A stretch of 64,000 nt of DNA from the human T2T-CHM13v2.0 reference genome, Homo sapiens. The stretch lies in NCBI RefSeq assembly GCF_009914755.1, contig NC_060938.1; one strand, 5' to 3'. The first letter of the stretch is position 1. Each line of letters opens with the position of its first letter. The notes beneath the pieces were generated by a model, which saw nothing but the letters and a program-made list of their open reading frames with translations, did no database searches and was not told where the DNA came from. This document shows, in pieces, positions 37,476 through 52,869 of the stretch. Both the position numbers and the translations under genes were made by a program.

Positions 37476-40400
37476 CTACCTGATTGTCAAACAAGGATGT
37501 CTCACAAAGCCTCAAAGAGATTTGTTATCAACAATTACCATTTTGCTTTGCTGTCAGGATATTATTCTTCTGAATGGACCAGTTTCATTTCTAAAGCTAT
37601 AGATGTAGAGGATCTTGCTTTCCTCTTCTCCCGTCTGTGGATTTTTATTTTCAGCTTCATTCATTGGCATCTGAAATCTTGGGAGTTAAGATGTGTTTTT
37701 CTTTTTTTTCCTTTTTTTTTTTTTTTGTTGGGGGAGTAGGAGTGTCAAGTCTGCCTTGTATGGTAAAAATAGAGTGGGTGCTTTTGGAGAAAATTTCAAG
37801 GATGGGGTGGAAGGTAGATTTTAGCCATCAAAATCATTTGAGCTAACCAAATCAACAATAAATCACAAACTCCAGATTTTTGTTTAAAGGGGAGGAGACC
37901 AAGGCAGTGGATGTGCAAATTAGCCAGGCCACGACTTGCTGGCTCTCGTTCATTTTGTAAACAAAAGCAGGCCTGAATTCAATCAAACATTACTTGTTAA
38001 AGTAAACTAGCAAAAAGCTGGTGAAAATTAAAGTAGAACAGAAGATGGTTTCAATAATTTCATTCTCCAGCTTTTAGCTTAAAAAAAAAAGCAAAAACCA
38101 ACAACCCACCATTCCATTCTATGGGGCATGTCCTCCCTTTCAAGACACTTTCATGAAAACCAAACAGTTTTTAGTGGGGGTTATATATATTGAAAAATGC
38201 TACCTGTAGTATTGGGTTAATTGCCTTCAGAACAAAATTCTGAATACTATATATATAACTTTGACAATATTTTTGTAGGCTTTTAGAGACTTCTTAAACA
38301 AGAGAAATGGGACTCAATGCATTGGCTAGCTGAGGGTCTATGTTGTTTGATAAATATCATGTGCCTGGTATGCTATACTTGTTTGAAGTGACACTGAGAG
38401 ATTAGTTGTTTCTAGACATTTTTTGGTTAGGTCTTTAATGTACGCAGAGCTGTAGAGTTTCCCCTCAAAAATGAACGAAGCCTGAGGAGTTTTGCTCTCT
38501 GGGACTAGAAACAAGTGGACCATTGCTTTTGCCTGAGGTAAAGTGTTCCCCTAAGGTGACAGGTCTAAGCTGTCATTTCTCAAAGGGGAACAGTAGGAAT
38601 ACTATCTCAATCCCAGGGGAGTTCTAATTATGGAGGCTTAACTTCAAAGCTTCAGTAGAAATGCAAGTGGAGCTGTCATTTTTGGGGTTGTGGGGAGGTA
38701 AGAATCCAGAAAGCGATTGCTGAGTTTTGGGACTGTGTTTAGCTGTCCAGTTGTCCACCTAGGCCAAAAGTAATCCTGAGTCATTGCCTGAAACTCCCTC
38801 CACCTGTGTGCTTGTGTTACGTTCCAGCAACTGAAAGAGGTGTTGATTCATTTCAGGCCTACTCTTTCTGTGATTAAGTTCAACCCACCACAGAGGACTC
38901 AGGGGAACTACACTGTGGGCTCTAGGTCTGGGATTTGTTTTCTCTGTGCTTTTCTCTGTTTACTCTGCATTGTCAATTATGAGGTAGATATCACATGTGT
39001 TTAGCCGAAAAGATAATGCACAGTATCTCATAACAGTGTAGAACAAGATGGGGTAAGATTGTAGGCACAAACCAACTGTTGATGATAAAAGACACCAAAT
39101 GAAACAACAATAGCAGCACTCCTGTGCTGCAGAATCAGCTACAGGAGGCAAACTTTGCAATGGCCTCTGTGAAAATGACTCACCATCATCAAACCATAGT
39201 TAGGAAGAGCTTGGGCTGCTTCCTACTCAGGTCTATCAGTTGACTGTCGAATACTCTCAACTTGGGGTGGATATAGAAAGTGCCCTGTCTACTCAGAGGT
39301 TTTTTGTACTGGAAGAGGATTCATTTAATGCTTAATGATAATTTGGATATAAATTAATTACCAACTAATCTGCTTGAAATTCTTCCGTTGTGGGTCTTCT
39401 TAGAGACAGTCAGCTGGATGAAATAACCTCTTGTCAATTCCCTCTTATCCTATGGGCCTATGATGACTTTTTTCAATGGCATTACAGAAGTGCAAACTGT
39501 TTTGTCCGGACCCTTTAAATATCAGCTATGGGAGGAGCTTTTTCCATTTGAGGCTTGTATTTTTGTTCTTCAAGATGGTTCTATTTTGATACGTACTAAC
39601 TTTTTATCCTCTATCCTGGTACTCGTCTATGGCATTGACCCAAAGACCAGTTACAAAAGTGATGGGCCTGGCAAAAGGTCCTTGAGGGGAGAATGTCCTG
39701 GCTCATACTTTAATAGTCAAAGGAAACAAGGGCAATTTCCTAGCACCCCTACCTTGATGCCTGCCCTCCTGGGGTGATCAGGAATGATATTTTCATTGTG
39801 TTATACCTCAGCTTTTACTTCTTTGTGTTTATTCCATTGCTGAAAGAATCAGAACATTACTTTTTCTAGCACACATTGTTTGTCTGAAAATACACCTGGA
39901 GAACTGCCCAATTTGGAAATGACTTAAATTACAAAAAAAGCACAGCTGTCTTTAACAGCTCTAGGAGTTCATGCAACGAGCCTACAATTTATTGAGTAGG
40001 ATTAGATGCTTATTGCCTATGACACTTTAAATACCATTACATTGAAGTTTATACAAGAAAGTCCAAGTTTAAAACTGGAATCTTAGCAATAACAGCTGGG
40101 CCATTTGTTTATGTGATAGGCAGGAAAGAATGACTTCTGTAATCTTTCTGTTTGGCTGCAGGATTCTGCTTGGGGGAAAAAAATATGGGGAGGGGGAAGA
40201 AAGAAGCTAATTTCAGATTGTCAAGCTGAGCTGAACACTGCTGGCTAATTTGTCCCTCATGTTAAGACCTCTGCCAAGGTTCCTCTTGTATCCTCTTGCT
40301 CTCTCACACCTGACAAACCAGTACTTGAAATACTGTAGCCCACCTCAATGACAGCAAGGGGTATGTCACTAGCTAGCTTGCAGCTCTCTCCCCCAGGCGG

Positions 40401-40974
40401 CTCACATTCCGCATTTTGTTTCTAGCATGAAAGACTTTGTTTTAAATCATAATAGCAACCAGGCTGTAATCACATTAGAGCGCACATGGGGAACTTGCAA
40501 AAAGTCATGTGTTTTGGATTTGACATTCTGATTTATGGTTGTGTGCTCCAGTTACACAGCTGCAATCTCATTTTCCGACAAAGATGTTTTCTATTTTTCT
40601 ATTACTTTGCTTCACCCTGTCTTTATGTTGGGGAAAATGAAAGCCACCAGGTGAAGTCATAACATAAGTAAAAATGTTTTTGTGTTTGGGTTGGAGAGCG
40701 TAGTAAATGGTGTATACTGGCATTTCAAACACAGCTTGTTATTTTTGAATAAAAATGTAAAGGGAATTGCTTACTTAAGGTAATCGCAAATTAAAGAAGT
40801 ACTCAGAAATTTGTTTGTAAAACCCAGAATTATCCTCCAAACTTTCTGTCTCTATCACTCGATATTAACATCCCAAGAGGGGAGTTGGACAGTAATGTTC
40901 CATTTTGGATGTGTAGGTAAACTGAGCTCCCAGTCTGGTATGCTTATTTCACCAAACTCAAAGACGTTCAGGGT

Positions 40975-41130
40975 TGGGAACTTGTAAAGACAATCTCTAC
41001 CAACCTATTCATTGTGCAAATGAGGAATGTGAAACAGAGATGTATAGTGACTTGCCCAAGGTCTCACAGCTGGTTAGCCACAGAGCTTATACTGGAACTC
41101 AAATTTCTTTCTTCCCAGTCCATTTTCCAC
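40975..41130 (-). mobile_element. MIR SINE
   Basis: cattgtgcaaatgaggaatgtgaaacagaga...agtgacttgcccaaggtctcacagctggttag. Confidence 0.8.
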
Positions 41131-41607
41131 CATTCCTTTTAAATGCAAGTTGAACAGCACTTTTTGTGGTAAGCTGACTACTACTATAAAGAATATTCCA
41201 AATAAGACTTCTGTTAACATAGAGAAAAGAAAACTTCTTTTACTTTTTTGTTATTTCCTCAAGTCTAACATTTTTTATTGTGAAGTGTGGTGAAAATTCA
41301 GACCCATAACTCGTTCAGCAATATACACGACACAGTATCCTATCTTGGTCTCATAACTTGGGTTATGTTATTAGCAATAAATATAACAATCTTGAACTCA
41401 GATGTATTAAGATTTAACACATTTTAATTTTTTCACAACATTTGAATAATTCCAAATATAGTTATGTTTTTGGCAATCCAATAAAATCTTGATGAAGGGA
41501 TAAAAATATTTGTATAAGAACATTTAAAAATACATATAATGAAGTCATGCATGGGTATAAGCAGTTTGATTGACGTGGAGATCTCTATGAAGAATGAGAA
41601 GAACGCT

Positions 41608-41906
<299 letters not shown>

Positions 41907-42289
41907 GAATGAGAAGAACAAAGAACACTAAAGCTCTATTGTTTGGGTCATTATTTTGATCCCCATTTCTCTCTCACATAGATTTGGTCTTTGCTTTAGG
42001 GGGGATTTTGGATCCTATGGTCATTAGGTCACCATAGTTTTCTCATAGGAAAGGAAATCCATATATGCAGTAATTATTTAAATATGTTTTAGTAGGATTT
42101 TCTAAATTGCAGATAATGATCAAACTGCTCCCTCTTATTCAAGGAGGAGAGAGAGAATGGGAAACCAATAGTTTTGTTTATTATTTTTAGTTGAATACTT
42201 GTAAACAGATGCTACATCAAAGTTTTAGATTCTTATATGGGAATAACACTTAGCAGTGGACATGTATAGTAGTATGTATAGTGTACTTA

Positions 42290-42820
42290 TTTTTTGGGCT
42301 GATACCCCTCTCCCCCAGCCTCTATTCTCCCCCTTTTCTGCCAATAGCACCAAGATTTTCCTTTTGGGGAAGTTACTCCTATTCTATTCTCATCTATGAG
42401 ATGAATATCATATCATATGAACCCAAAGAGTCAGCTTAAGTCAATCACCTTATTCCATCTGTTCCTTGGTGACAGTGATGGTATATGATGGGCATATGAT
42501 GAGTAATGTGGGCCAATGAGATTGAGTCCAAGGGCTTATGGGGATGCTGCTATTCAATGTGCTATGTTTGAGAACCTACCAGTTATTTTTTTTTTTTTTT
42601 TTAATTTTAAGGGGAAGAACCTAGAGCACCTTGTGAAACTGACATTGAGGAAATGGCATGGTAAAACAGTAAAAAAAAATTTCTTGTTACATGGAGTGAG
42701 CTGCTTCATCAAGCTTCTGTTGAAGGCAATCCTACTGGAACTTTTAGTCAAATGGAATTTTTTAAAAATCTCATTTTAAGGTTTCCTGGCACTTGTAACT
42801 GAAAGATCCTAACTGACACA
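42290..42820 (+). mobile_element. Old MLT1 (K-like) LTR
   Basis: cttggtgacagtgatgg...gggccaatgaga...ends cacttgtaactgaaagatcctaactgacaca. Confidence 0.65.
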
Positions 42821-43627
42821 GCAGGAAAGCGGAAGGGTGGCAACTGTTCAGTTAGGGCATAGTTCTCAAGATTGTCCTTTAGGAACATGTATCTTTGTGG
42901 GATCTCATCTATCTCATACAAGGATTGCATTGATGCATGTAGTGTTCAGTAGCATGACTGACCAGAGTGGAAGTTCCTGGAAATTGTAGCTATCATCATG
43001 ATGATGATGGTGATTATGATTGTTAAAGACTGGGTTAGGAAATGATTTTGTAAATACAATGAGAAGAAGAGCTTTAAAATTTGCCTAAATTTCCCCACTT
43101 AATATTAAAAAGGAGGTGTGCTATTAAATTTTAGGTTTTTCTCAAACTCTCACAGCTATTTTTGTGGGTTTTTAGTGTATTTCGAGCCCCCTTTTCCCTC
43201 ATCTCTATTACTTTATGATAATGTGAAGGCTCATTGTTATGTGAACGCACTGTTATGAAACAATACTCTCAGACATAAGCAGCTTTCCTTAAACCAAATC
43301 AAAAATACTATTTCTATTGCCCATGATTTTCAGAGGACTTCAGAGGACCCTGAAGCATGGGGTGCTGTGAATGCCACTAACTAACTTCATTAATCACACT
43401 TATAATGTAAAGGGAGAATTTTCTACTTTCTATAAATAATCTAAAATTTAAAAGTTTGTCAACTAAAACATTTGTAAAATTTGTATTGATAAAGTCCTAC
43501 AAATAATATGACTCCTATCTTGTTTGAAATAGTTTTGTCTGAAGTTTTGTCATAAAATGGAAACTACCTATACACATGAAGTTTGCGGGTCCTTGAAAGA
43601 AAGGGTTTTTTACTTCTTTTTTCTTTT

Positions 43628-43994
43628 TGTCCTAGTCCATTCAGGCTGCCGTAAAAAAAAAATACCATAAACTGGGTGGCTCACAAACAATAGAAATTTA
43701 TTGTTCATGGTTCTGGCAGCTGGGAAGTCCAAGATCAAGGCATCGACAAATTTGGTGACAGATGAGGCCTCGCTCCCTCAAAGACAATAGTCTTATCACT
43801 CTAACCTCATGTGGCAGAAGGAGTAAATGAGCTCCCTGGGGCCTCTTTTACAAGGGCACTAGTACTACTCATGAGGGTGGAGCCCTTATGACCTGATTAC
43901 TTCCCAAAGGCCACACTTTCTAATACCGTCATCTTGGGAGTTAGAATTTCAATATATAAATTTTGCGGGGGACACAAACATTCAGTCCATTACA
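43628..43994 (-). mobile_element. MLT1A0-like solo LTR with perfect 5-bp TSD
   Basis: TG...CA termini; gggaagtccaagatcaaggc; gggggacacaaacattcag; TSD CTTTT at 43623-43627 and 43995-43999. Confidence 0.9.
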
Positions 43995-44268
43995 CTTTTA
44001 GTGCCATAATGGGATTTGGTTTTTATTATCAATGACCTACAGGATGTACATTTTAATCTTAAAATAATCTAGGGCAGAATATGTGTTCATGTAACTCAGT
44101 TTGTCACCATTCTTTTCACCATCATCATCAGGACTTAATGCCTAAACATACCCTGAGTATGTTTAGCATACATACCCTTGTGCAACTCACCTGAGAGTGG
44201 AAATGAAACGATGAAAGCACCCCTGCACTCTTGGCCTAGGTGCACATTTACTGATATTACACATTGAG

Positions 44269-44450
44269 CAGAAGAGACTTAGCAAGAAGCTAATGAAGCT
44301 TAAAGTTCAGGTCCCTGTACTTGCATGTTCCTTCCAGGGACCTGGGAGGGACTCTGGCAATTTTTACTTGTAAATTTCTAATTTTTTTTCCAAAATAGGG
44401 CTTTCCAGAATTGTATCTGCCTCAGGCCTTACAAAAACAGGGAATATCTT
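44269..44450 (+). mobile_element. MER53-like DNA transposon
   Basis: gaagctaatgaagcttaa...tcagg...acttgca...ctgggaggg...aattgtat...tcaggcc. Confidence 0.7.
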
Positions 44451-45181
44451 GGCATCTATGTTTCTGTTGAGAGGTAGGAGCAAAAGGAAAGCTTTAACTC
44501 CCAATCCTGGTGTCGTTTCCAGGCACAGAGAGTTTAAAATATTCCTCTCTTCCTCACCATGTGCAGAGAACACTGCATTCAGAAGCATTACCTGCAGCTC
44601 ATGTTAGTGAGAGACAGAGAGCTGCAGTACTGTGCAGCCATTCCTGGTTCATTAGCAAAGCAATGGGTATGTAGATGCAGAGAATAAGGACTTTTGTAAT
44701 TTGTCATTAATCCTGGGATAGGAGGATAATAATACAGGACAAGTGCAGCATGCAGGCATGAGAACATTGAGAAGAGAACCCATGGGAACAGGAAGAAAAT
44801 GAGCATAACTACACCAAATACAGATTTCTGTTTTCAACAGACTAGTTAAGTGTTTGTGTCAGTCTTTTGTGAAAAGAATTGGGACTTACAATCAGAAACT
44901 GCACATACTTCGAAAACTGCAGCTTTATGCTAACTACATCATGTCTGTATAGTAAGCTAACCATATAATACAGTATTCTACTATACTAAATATGAAGTAG
45001 AATGTATTTGTCATTTCATAGCACAAATCATTCATATAAGACATTTCCTTAACATACGTAACATATGATACAAATTTATTTAAAATACACTCAGACTCTT
45101 CCATATCCACCATATCAGTAACAGTCACCTCCTTAGGAGGGGTAACTCATGTCCTCCATTTGTGTCATATTCTTCCTCACC

Positions 45182-45487
45182 TTTTTCTTTCTTTTCTTTT
45201 TTTTCTTGAGAATGAATCTCACTCTGTCACCCAGGCTAGAGTGCCATGGTGCAATCACGACTCACTGCAGCCCTGACCTGGGTGCAAGCAATCTTTCCAC
45301 CTCAGCCTCCAAAGTAGCTGGGACTACAGGTGTGTGCCACGACATCTGGCTAAGTTTTCAAAGTTTTTTTGGAGATGAGGATCTCCCTATGTTGCTCAGG
45401 CTGGTCTTGAACCCCTGGCTCAAGCAGTCCTCCCACCTCAACCCCCCAAAGTGTTGAAATTATAGGAGGGAGCCACTGTGCCCAGCC
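45182..45487 (-). mobile_element. AluJ
   Basis: ctcactgcagcc, ctatgttgctcaggctgg and ggctcaagcagtcctcccacc (J diagnostics); decayed TSD ttcc(tc/at)acctttt. Confidence 0.93.
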
Positions 45488-45489
45488 TT

Positions 45490-46130
45490 CCATACCTTTT
45501 TAAACATATGTTTACTTTTTCAATTGCAGTTAAGTGTAGATATTATTTTATCAACTCTTAGGGCCACATTTTAAAAAGTAAGTATCTAGTATTCTACAAT
45601 ATAGATTCTGCAACTTTTATTTTAAACTCAAAGATATATGAAAGATCTTTTCATAATGTATATGTAGATGCTTCTTATTATTAACTACTGTATAATATCC
45701 TATAGTGTGACCATACCGACATTAATTTATCCATTCCCTTATTGGTGGAACTTTTGCTATTACATTCAATGCTGCAATGAATATTTTTATGCATTTTTCT
45801 GTGTATTTGTGTTTCTCTAGGAAAGACCACAAAAACAGTAGAATTTCTGGGTCACTTTACATGTGAATAGAAACTGTCAGATTGTACTCCAAAACTGTTC
45901 TTCTGGTTTACAGTATTCTTACCACATATGTGAGTGCCCAGTTCCCCATCTGCTTAGTAATATACAGTGTTATCAATCTTTTCAGTTTTCTTTTTTGCTA
46001 ATTTGATGAGCATAGTTTTCTGATTATTGGATTATTTAATTTCTGAGTTAATATTTTTATACCTTTATAAGGTTTCTCATTAAAGAACAATTCTGAATAT
46101 TTTTATATTTAGATACTTGTAATTATAACT
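45490..46130 (-). mobile_element. Old L1ME-type fragment (also left of the AluJ)
   Basis: atttatccattccc...tggtgga...ttttgctattaca...aatgctgcaatgaatat...tagaatttctgggtca. Confidence 0.65.
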
Positions 46131-46555
46131 TATCTATTATGGGCAAGATTCTGGAGCTCAAATTGATAAATAAGGTAAGCAGCCAGGTCAGAAGGCAGTC
46201 ATACAACATTTATTTCTGGCTGGTTGGGCTGTGTATTACATCCAGGTCAGAGATGCTTTCTACTTCAGCTATCTGAGGGAAGACAGGAGAGGTGCTTAAC
46301 TAACCTTAAATACATCTGATAGACATAATTTAAGTAGGTTTAATTTTATACACATGTATTCAGCAGCTACTGTGTTCACAGCCCTCTCTAAGATTAAAAG
46401 ATAAATCAAATATAATACTTACCTTTAAGTATAATAGTGAACACTGATAGTGTAAAAAAAAACAGTTTAATAGCAAACACTGATTGGCTAAAAAATAAAT
46501 GCAATACAAGAACTGTTTTGATGAGGGACAAATGACATAAAAAATGGGTTCTGCT

Positions 46556-46905
<350 letters not shown>

Positions 46906-47128
46906 TTAGGGCAGACATCAGAGCCAGTGTCTGTGCACAACCTTGAAAACATACAGATTTCATGTGGCAGGGGGATGGGGAAGGACACTCAAAACTGAGA
47001 GAAAAGAAGAGCACAGAGGCTAGATCTTGGCCTAACTAGTGTGTGAGTGAACTTTGAGGATGGGAGTTAATATGGGACATAAGCCCAGGAAGTTCTCTGG
47101 GCCTGAAATATACATTATTCTGTAGAAC

Positions 47129-47310
47129 AGTTTTTCCAAGTGCAGATCACCTACAGCTGAACTGGAGGCTGCTCATTTAAAACATACACTCGCAGCTTCA
47201 CCTCAACCAATGAGATTAAAATATCTAGGCTGTGGGGCCCAGGGATCTTCATGTTTTACAATATTCTCCGAGGATTTTTAAAAATTGCGTTCGATTTGAA
47301 ATTCGCTCTT
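47129..47310. mobile_element. MER5A-like MITE
   Basis: cagtttttccaagtg...aaaatatctaggctgtggggcccagggatct...tgttttacaa; flanked by tgtaga-like duplication. Confidence 0.6.
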
Positions 47311-49179
47311 GTAGACAATGCTGAGTCTTTGAAAAACTTTGGATTCTTCTGGGAGAGAACTAAGGGAATCAACCATTTAGGGAACAGCTTGCAGGTGGTT
47401 AGGGAAAAAGAAAGGGAAGTGACCCTGAAAACAATCCTATTGGCTAGATGCCCTTAGGACATACTGTCCTTCGGATTGCTCTAATATCAAGATGTATGTT
47501 GGTCAAAGCAGCCCAGGTCAAAAGCAGAGATGCGTTTAGGGCCATTTAAAACCAATATTAGCCTTAATGCTCTTTGAAAGAGGCATAATTAGGAATGTAA
47601 AAGTCAGGTTACCTCTGATTAGTGAGAAACAGAGTGAAGGGTGAATCCATTAGAGGCTTCTTGTAAGACATTCACACTTTAAGAACATTGCTTTGATGGC
47701 TTTGAAGGGGGTGGAATGGGGGAGAAAGGCAGCAGAACCAGTTCTTACTTCAAAGACCTATTACAGCCTTTTTCTTTTTAGGACAGTACTCTTAAATGTT
47801 TTGAGTAGCACTAAAAGGTTTTTTAAATTTGAATATAATGGATTTGGCCATTTGCAGGTAAATTTTGATTGGCCATAAGATTAACTCATACTATGATTCA
47901 ACTAATGGTTTTGAAATTGTTTGAATTTGCATATATGCATTTATATTTTCATTCACATAATTCCAATGGGGATCTTTATTCCCTGTTTGGAAATGAAACA
48001 GAGGTTAAGTGATTTCCTTCAGTAGATACTAGAAACCAGGTTTTCCAAATCCTAGTCTAGGGTTCACATCTCAAAACTCCTTGAAGAAAATGAAAATATG
48101 GTGGAGATGCACTTTGGCAGATAAGGAAATAGTTCTCCGTCCCTTGCAGATATAAACACTTGGGTATATAAAGCAATCTGAGAAATGGAGGGGAATCACT
48201 CACAAAGGAGTTTGAGAGGCCTGGCTAGAGGAGGCAGACATGGTTAAGTAGAAGGGGCCAAGCTGCTGAGCAACCTGAAGATTCCCCCTGCCAGTAGAAG
48301 CTCCAGTACAGAAGCTACAGTTTGATTGCTGTAGTAAACAATCAGGGCAGAAGACACCGTGACAAAATATTCTTCAATAGGGGAATCTGCTTATGTAGAA
48401 GATACTCACAAGTCAGGACAGAAAGGACCGAATTAAAGTGGGGAATGGGCTTAAAGAGTTTTTGGGGAGAGAAGGTTCTTACATTAGGCCAAGCCTAAGG
48501 TACAATAAAAGGAACCAAGAGTTTAACATCCATGGTGTACCTACCAAGTGCTGGGCACTGTGCTATTTACACACTTGGGATTTAGAGGGACAGATGGGAT
48601 CCAACAGATGTAAACTTTCAAATGTTGTCCTACTGGAAGTGCTACAAAAGGAGGGTCTTTCATTCCATCCTTCTCATTTCCTACCTTTGAATTGCATTTG
48701 TCCAAACAAATTCCACAGGTAATACATTGATTTACGTGAAAGGCAGTTCATAACAACATCTTGATTTTTTTCATTAAAATTTTTTTTATTAGTCTCTATG
48801 TCACTGTATCAGGGAAATTAAGACCAGAGCATATGGCTATATAGACCCACTATGGTTTGCTTTTTATAGATATCTGTTTAGGAAACAAGTCTTGAAAATC
48901 AATAATATTAATCTCTGAAGTATTCCTGAGATTTTCAGTGAATGTGTAAAGACATTTGACTTGTTTGTTTTGTTTTTAATACAATTAAGTCCATATTTAT
49001 ATGGCTCACTTCCTCAGTTTTTTTAAGGACAGGTTGAAGAAGTTCAAGGTCTTATGCTTTGCCCCTAAAGCAACTGCACTCTTGTTTGGGAGAAAAACAC
49101 ACATAAAATGGTGACCTAACAGGTAGAACACACTAAAACTCAGTAAAGAGGGATGGCATAGAAACCATACTAACCATAT

Positions 49180-49280
49180 TTGAGTCCTCACTCTACCACG
49201 TATTAGTTGTGTGATTCCAGGCAAATTGCTCAGTCACTCTGTGTCTCATTTTTCCCATCTGTAAAGTGGGAATAAAAAGT
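49180..49280 (+). mobile_element. MIR SINE
   Basis: ttgagtcctcactctaccac...tgtgtga...ggcaaattgct...ctctgtgtctca...catctgtaaagtgggaataa. Confidence 0.8.
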
Positions 49281-49834
49281 TAATTAACACATCTACGGGT
49301 CTTAGGACAGGAGCTCCATGTTTATTATTTCTTAAGAAGATGTATGTAAATAAAGTGTGAATTTTTGAAGGGAGAGGTTTCTTTGAGTATGAATACTTAG
49401 GGGAATTTCCATGGACCACTTAATGGATCAGGTAGAATTTGAGCTGTGAATTTCAAAAATAGTAGAAATATATATATATTTATATCTAAATATATTTGCA
49501 GTTACTGACTCCTTTCTGAAGCCAAGTTTATATCCACTGACCCCTCTGGCAAGAATGCATCCATAATGGTTTGTCTTTCCATAATCAGAAATTTTTAAAT
49601 TATAAAATATTTATTATAAAACATGTAGAAAATATGCAAGTACAAAAATGAAACTATAATTCTACTTTATCCCTTGTTGAAAGTTTGTTGCATTTCCTTC
49701 CTATCTTTTTTTTTCTTCTATGCATGTATTTTAACCAAAATGTGGTCATATTATACATGCAGTTTTGTATCCTACTAGGACAGCATTTTCCATTGTCATC
49801 AATTATTCCTGAAAAACACTGTTTTTAATGATTA

Positions 49835-50349
49835 TGTAAGCAGACAGGGAGGGTCTCCAGGGACTATAGGAATTTAATCAACTCGAGCAATCAGCCTGTT
49901 TTACAGCCTCCTGCCTTGCAGCCTGTTTTTTCCCTAACCCTGTGTGGAATGTGGTAACCTAGTGGGCTGGAGCTAGGTCCTGACAGACCCAGGCAACTTA
50001 TAGATGAACCAGAATGAACTTTCCTCATTACCATGCCAAAGTCTCCACCCCAGGAGGAGATGCAGCTTTATTATCATAACATGTGCCCTATGTGCTGGCA
50101 GGATGACTGACTGAGTCCATGCCCCTGGGACCCCTCCACTATGTGCAATGATGTACCCTCTACCCTCTTCATTGCTCCATAAAACCCTCTCCTCCCTTTC
50201 CCTCAGCGAGATGCTGCTTTGGAGAATCCTTTCAGTGCTCTCCTTACCTGTGACAAGTAATAAAACTCCTATAGATCAAAACCTGCATTCTTGTGGAGAG
50301 TCGTTTGTTACTTACCCCATGAACAAACCCTGTATTTTTTCTGGTAACA
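49835..50349 (+). mobile_element. ERV1-class solo LTR (tentatively MER67-like)
   Basis: TGT...ACA termini, ~515 bp, cataaaa TATA-like box, AATAAA near 50258, 4-bp TSD atta/attt. Confidence 0.75.
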
Positions 50350-50557
50350 ATTTTGGATCATATGATTCATCATTGTTTATTTATTGTTATAATTTAGATG
50401 TTACAGCTTTTCACTATTATATAAAAAATACAATAAATATTTTTCTACCCAAATCTTTGTGAAGTTATTTGATTGTTTCCTTGAGAAAGCACCCTGAAAT
50501 AAATGTACTGGGTTAAAGATTATGGATGTTTTAAAAATTCTTCTTGCTTGTAGTTGA

Positions 50558-50898
<341 letters not shown>

Positions 50899-51061
50899 TA
50901 AACTAATTTATACTCTTGCTAGCAATGTTTAAGAGTTTCCAACTCACTGTATATTCATTAAAATTAGTACTATCATTTTTTAATCTTTGTCAATTTAATA
51001 GGTGAAACATAGCATTTTACTTTAATTAGCAATATTTGTTGGCTAGTGAAGTTGAACTTTT

Positions 51062-51280
51062 CTCCAGCTTTATTGAGGTAAAATTGATAAACATCTTATA
51101 TATTTAAAGTATATAACATGATGTTTTGATAGATTTGTACATTGTGAAATAATGACCACAAACTAATTAACATATTAATCACCTCATGTTATCAATTTTT
51201 TTTTGGTGAGAACATTTAAAATCTACTTTCTTACCAAATTTCAAGTATACAATACAGTATTGTTAACTATAGTCACCAGA
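51062..51280 (-). mobile_element. L1MA 3' end, 5'-truncated
   Basis: cagctttattgaggt...tggtgagaacatttaaaatctact...tttcaagtatacaatacagtattgttaactatagtcacca; TSD gaagtt(at)gaactttt. Confidence 0.85.
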
Positions 51281-52869
51281 CTGGAAGTTATGAACTTTTA
51301 AAAAATGTTTCTTCACTTTGATTTCTCCATCACTGATCATCCAAATGTACCCTTTGTCCAGTTTTTGAGGGGAGGGGATTTTGGTTGTTGTTTGTATCAA
51401 CTTGCATGAGCTTTTCACACAGTAGTGGCATTAACTTTTTGTCAAATTTGTGCCAAATTATTTCTATCTGTCCTTGATGCATGTAAGTTTTCTATTCTTA
51501 TGTAGTCAATTTTTAAAGTTATTTCCACTTGTGATTTCTTCCACTGCTTTTAAGTTTAGAAAGCATGAATTTCTGTTTGTTTTTCTTTAAAAAATTTGTA
51601 TAAAAAGCTAAATATTTACCATGAAGAGGTACGGGAGATTTTGTTTTTATCATCAGGCTTTTTTTCTCCTGCTCTTTCATTTCCTTCTTCAAACAAATCT
51701 ATGATAATTAAAGTCATTTATGGTTAATTTTGGGAAAACACATTTTTCTCAATTTCAAAATTTCTCCTCTTGTTTCACACCCATTTCTTGTAGAGTCTGC
51801 AGTAAGTGCAGTAGTCACATTAAGTAGAAATTATTTTCCACTGAGGGCTATAGAAGTATCTGTTCTTTACCTTCCTAAAAATGCATTGCTTGACAAAGAT
51901 TAAAACTTTGGCACATAGGAGTTTTAAAAAATTTGCTATTGACTCAGTGTGCTCATGATTTGGCAGAATCCATTTTGTTGAGTTTGCTGTTGTTGATGTT
52001 GGTTAAAACCTCCTCAGTGCAGAAATGTAAAATGCACATCATCTCATTTGTTTTCTTAAGGAGACTGATTCTACCCTCTGCATTGCTTCTCAGCGGGTCT
52101 GCCTTAAATGAGGAGAAATTGGGGGATGGGAGAATTTATACAATCATATCTCACAGGAGGTTTGATGTAAAAGAGATTAAGCCTTAGCATTGTTTCCCAA
52201 ATTATTTTAAATGTCAGCTTAAAAGGCTTTTAAGGTTTTTTATTTTGAACGGAAGTATTAACTAGAACGCCAGGGGCAGTTAGTTTGAGAAAAGCAATAC
52301 TGTGCATCTTAAATTGGGTAGAAATTTTTATGACTCAAATTCTTCATTTATTATACCCAGATGGTGAGAGCAGGCTGCTGTCTCTGATGCCCTGGTGGAA
52401 ACAAACCATCAAGGGACCCTTTTTAAAGATGGAAACCTCACTAGGACGTTTCAACATGGTGTCAGCATTGCCTCTTCTTTGCCATGTTGACTGGAGCATC
52501 TTGAACTTGAAAACAATTCACTGAATTCCCAAAGTTTAAAGATCTTCCTGAAATTTCCCGTTGCCTGTATGTGCAGGGGCTATGGAATTAACTGAAGGTG
52601 TTGCTTCACCAAAGTAACTACCCACCCAAAAAGATGAAGCAATTATTTGCTCATTCAACAAATTATTTGTTCATTATCTATTAAATACAAGGTGTCCTAT
52701 GGAGTTAAAAGAAGTTGCTTTTAAAAAGTTAAGTATAAAAACTGAAGAAAATACTTAAAAGTATAATTCATAAATTATAATACCTTAATGAAAAATTCTT
52801 TCATTTCTAGGAATCCTTTATTTTAAAATGAAATATACTTGTCTAATGTGGCATTGATGGTCGCTTAGT

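Noticed and set aside
52451-52490. Hairpin TCAACATGG...CCATGTTGA as a pre-miRNA
   Set aside because: Stem only ~9-10 bp with a large loop; no mature miRNA recognised
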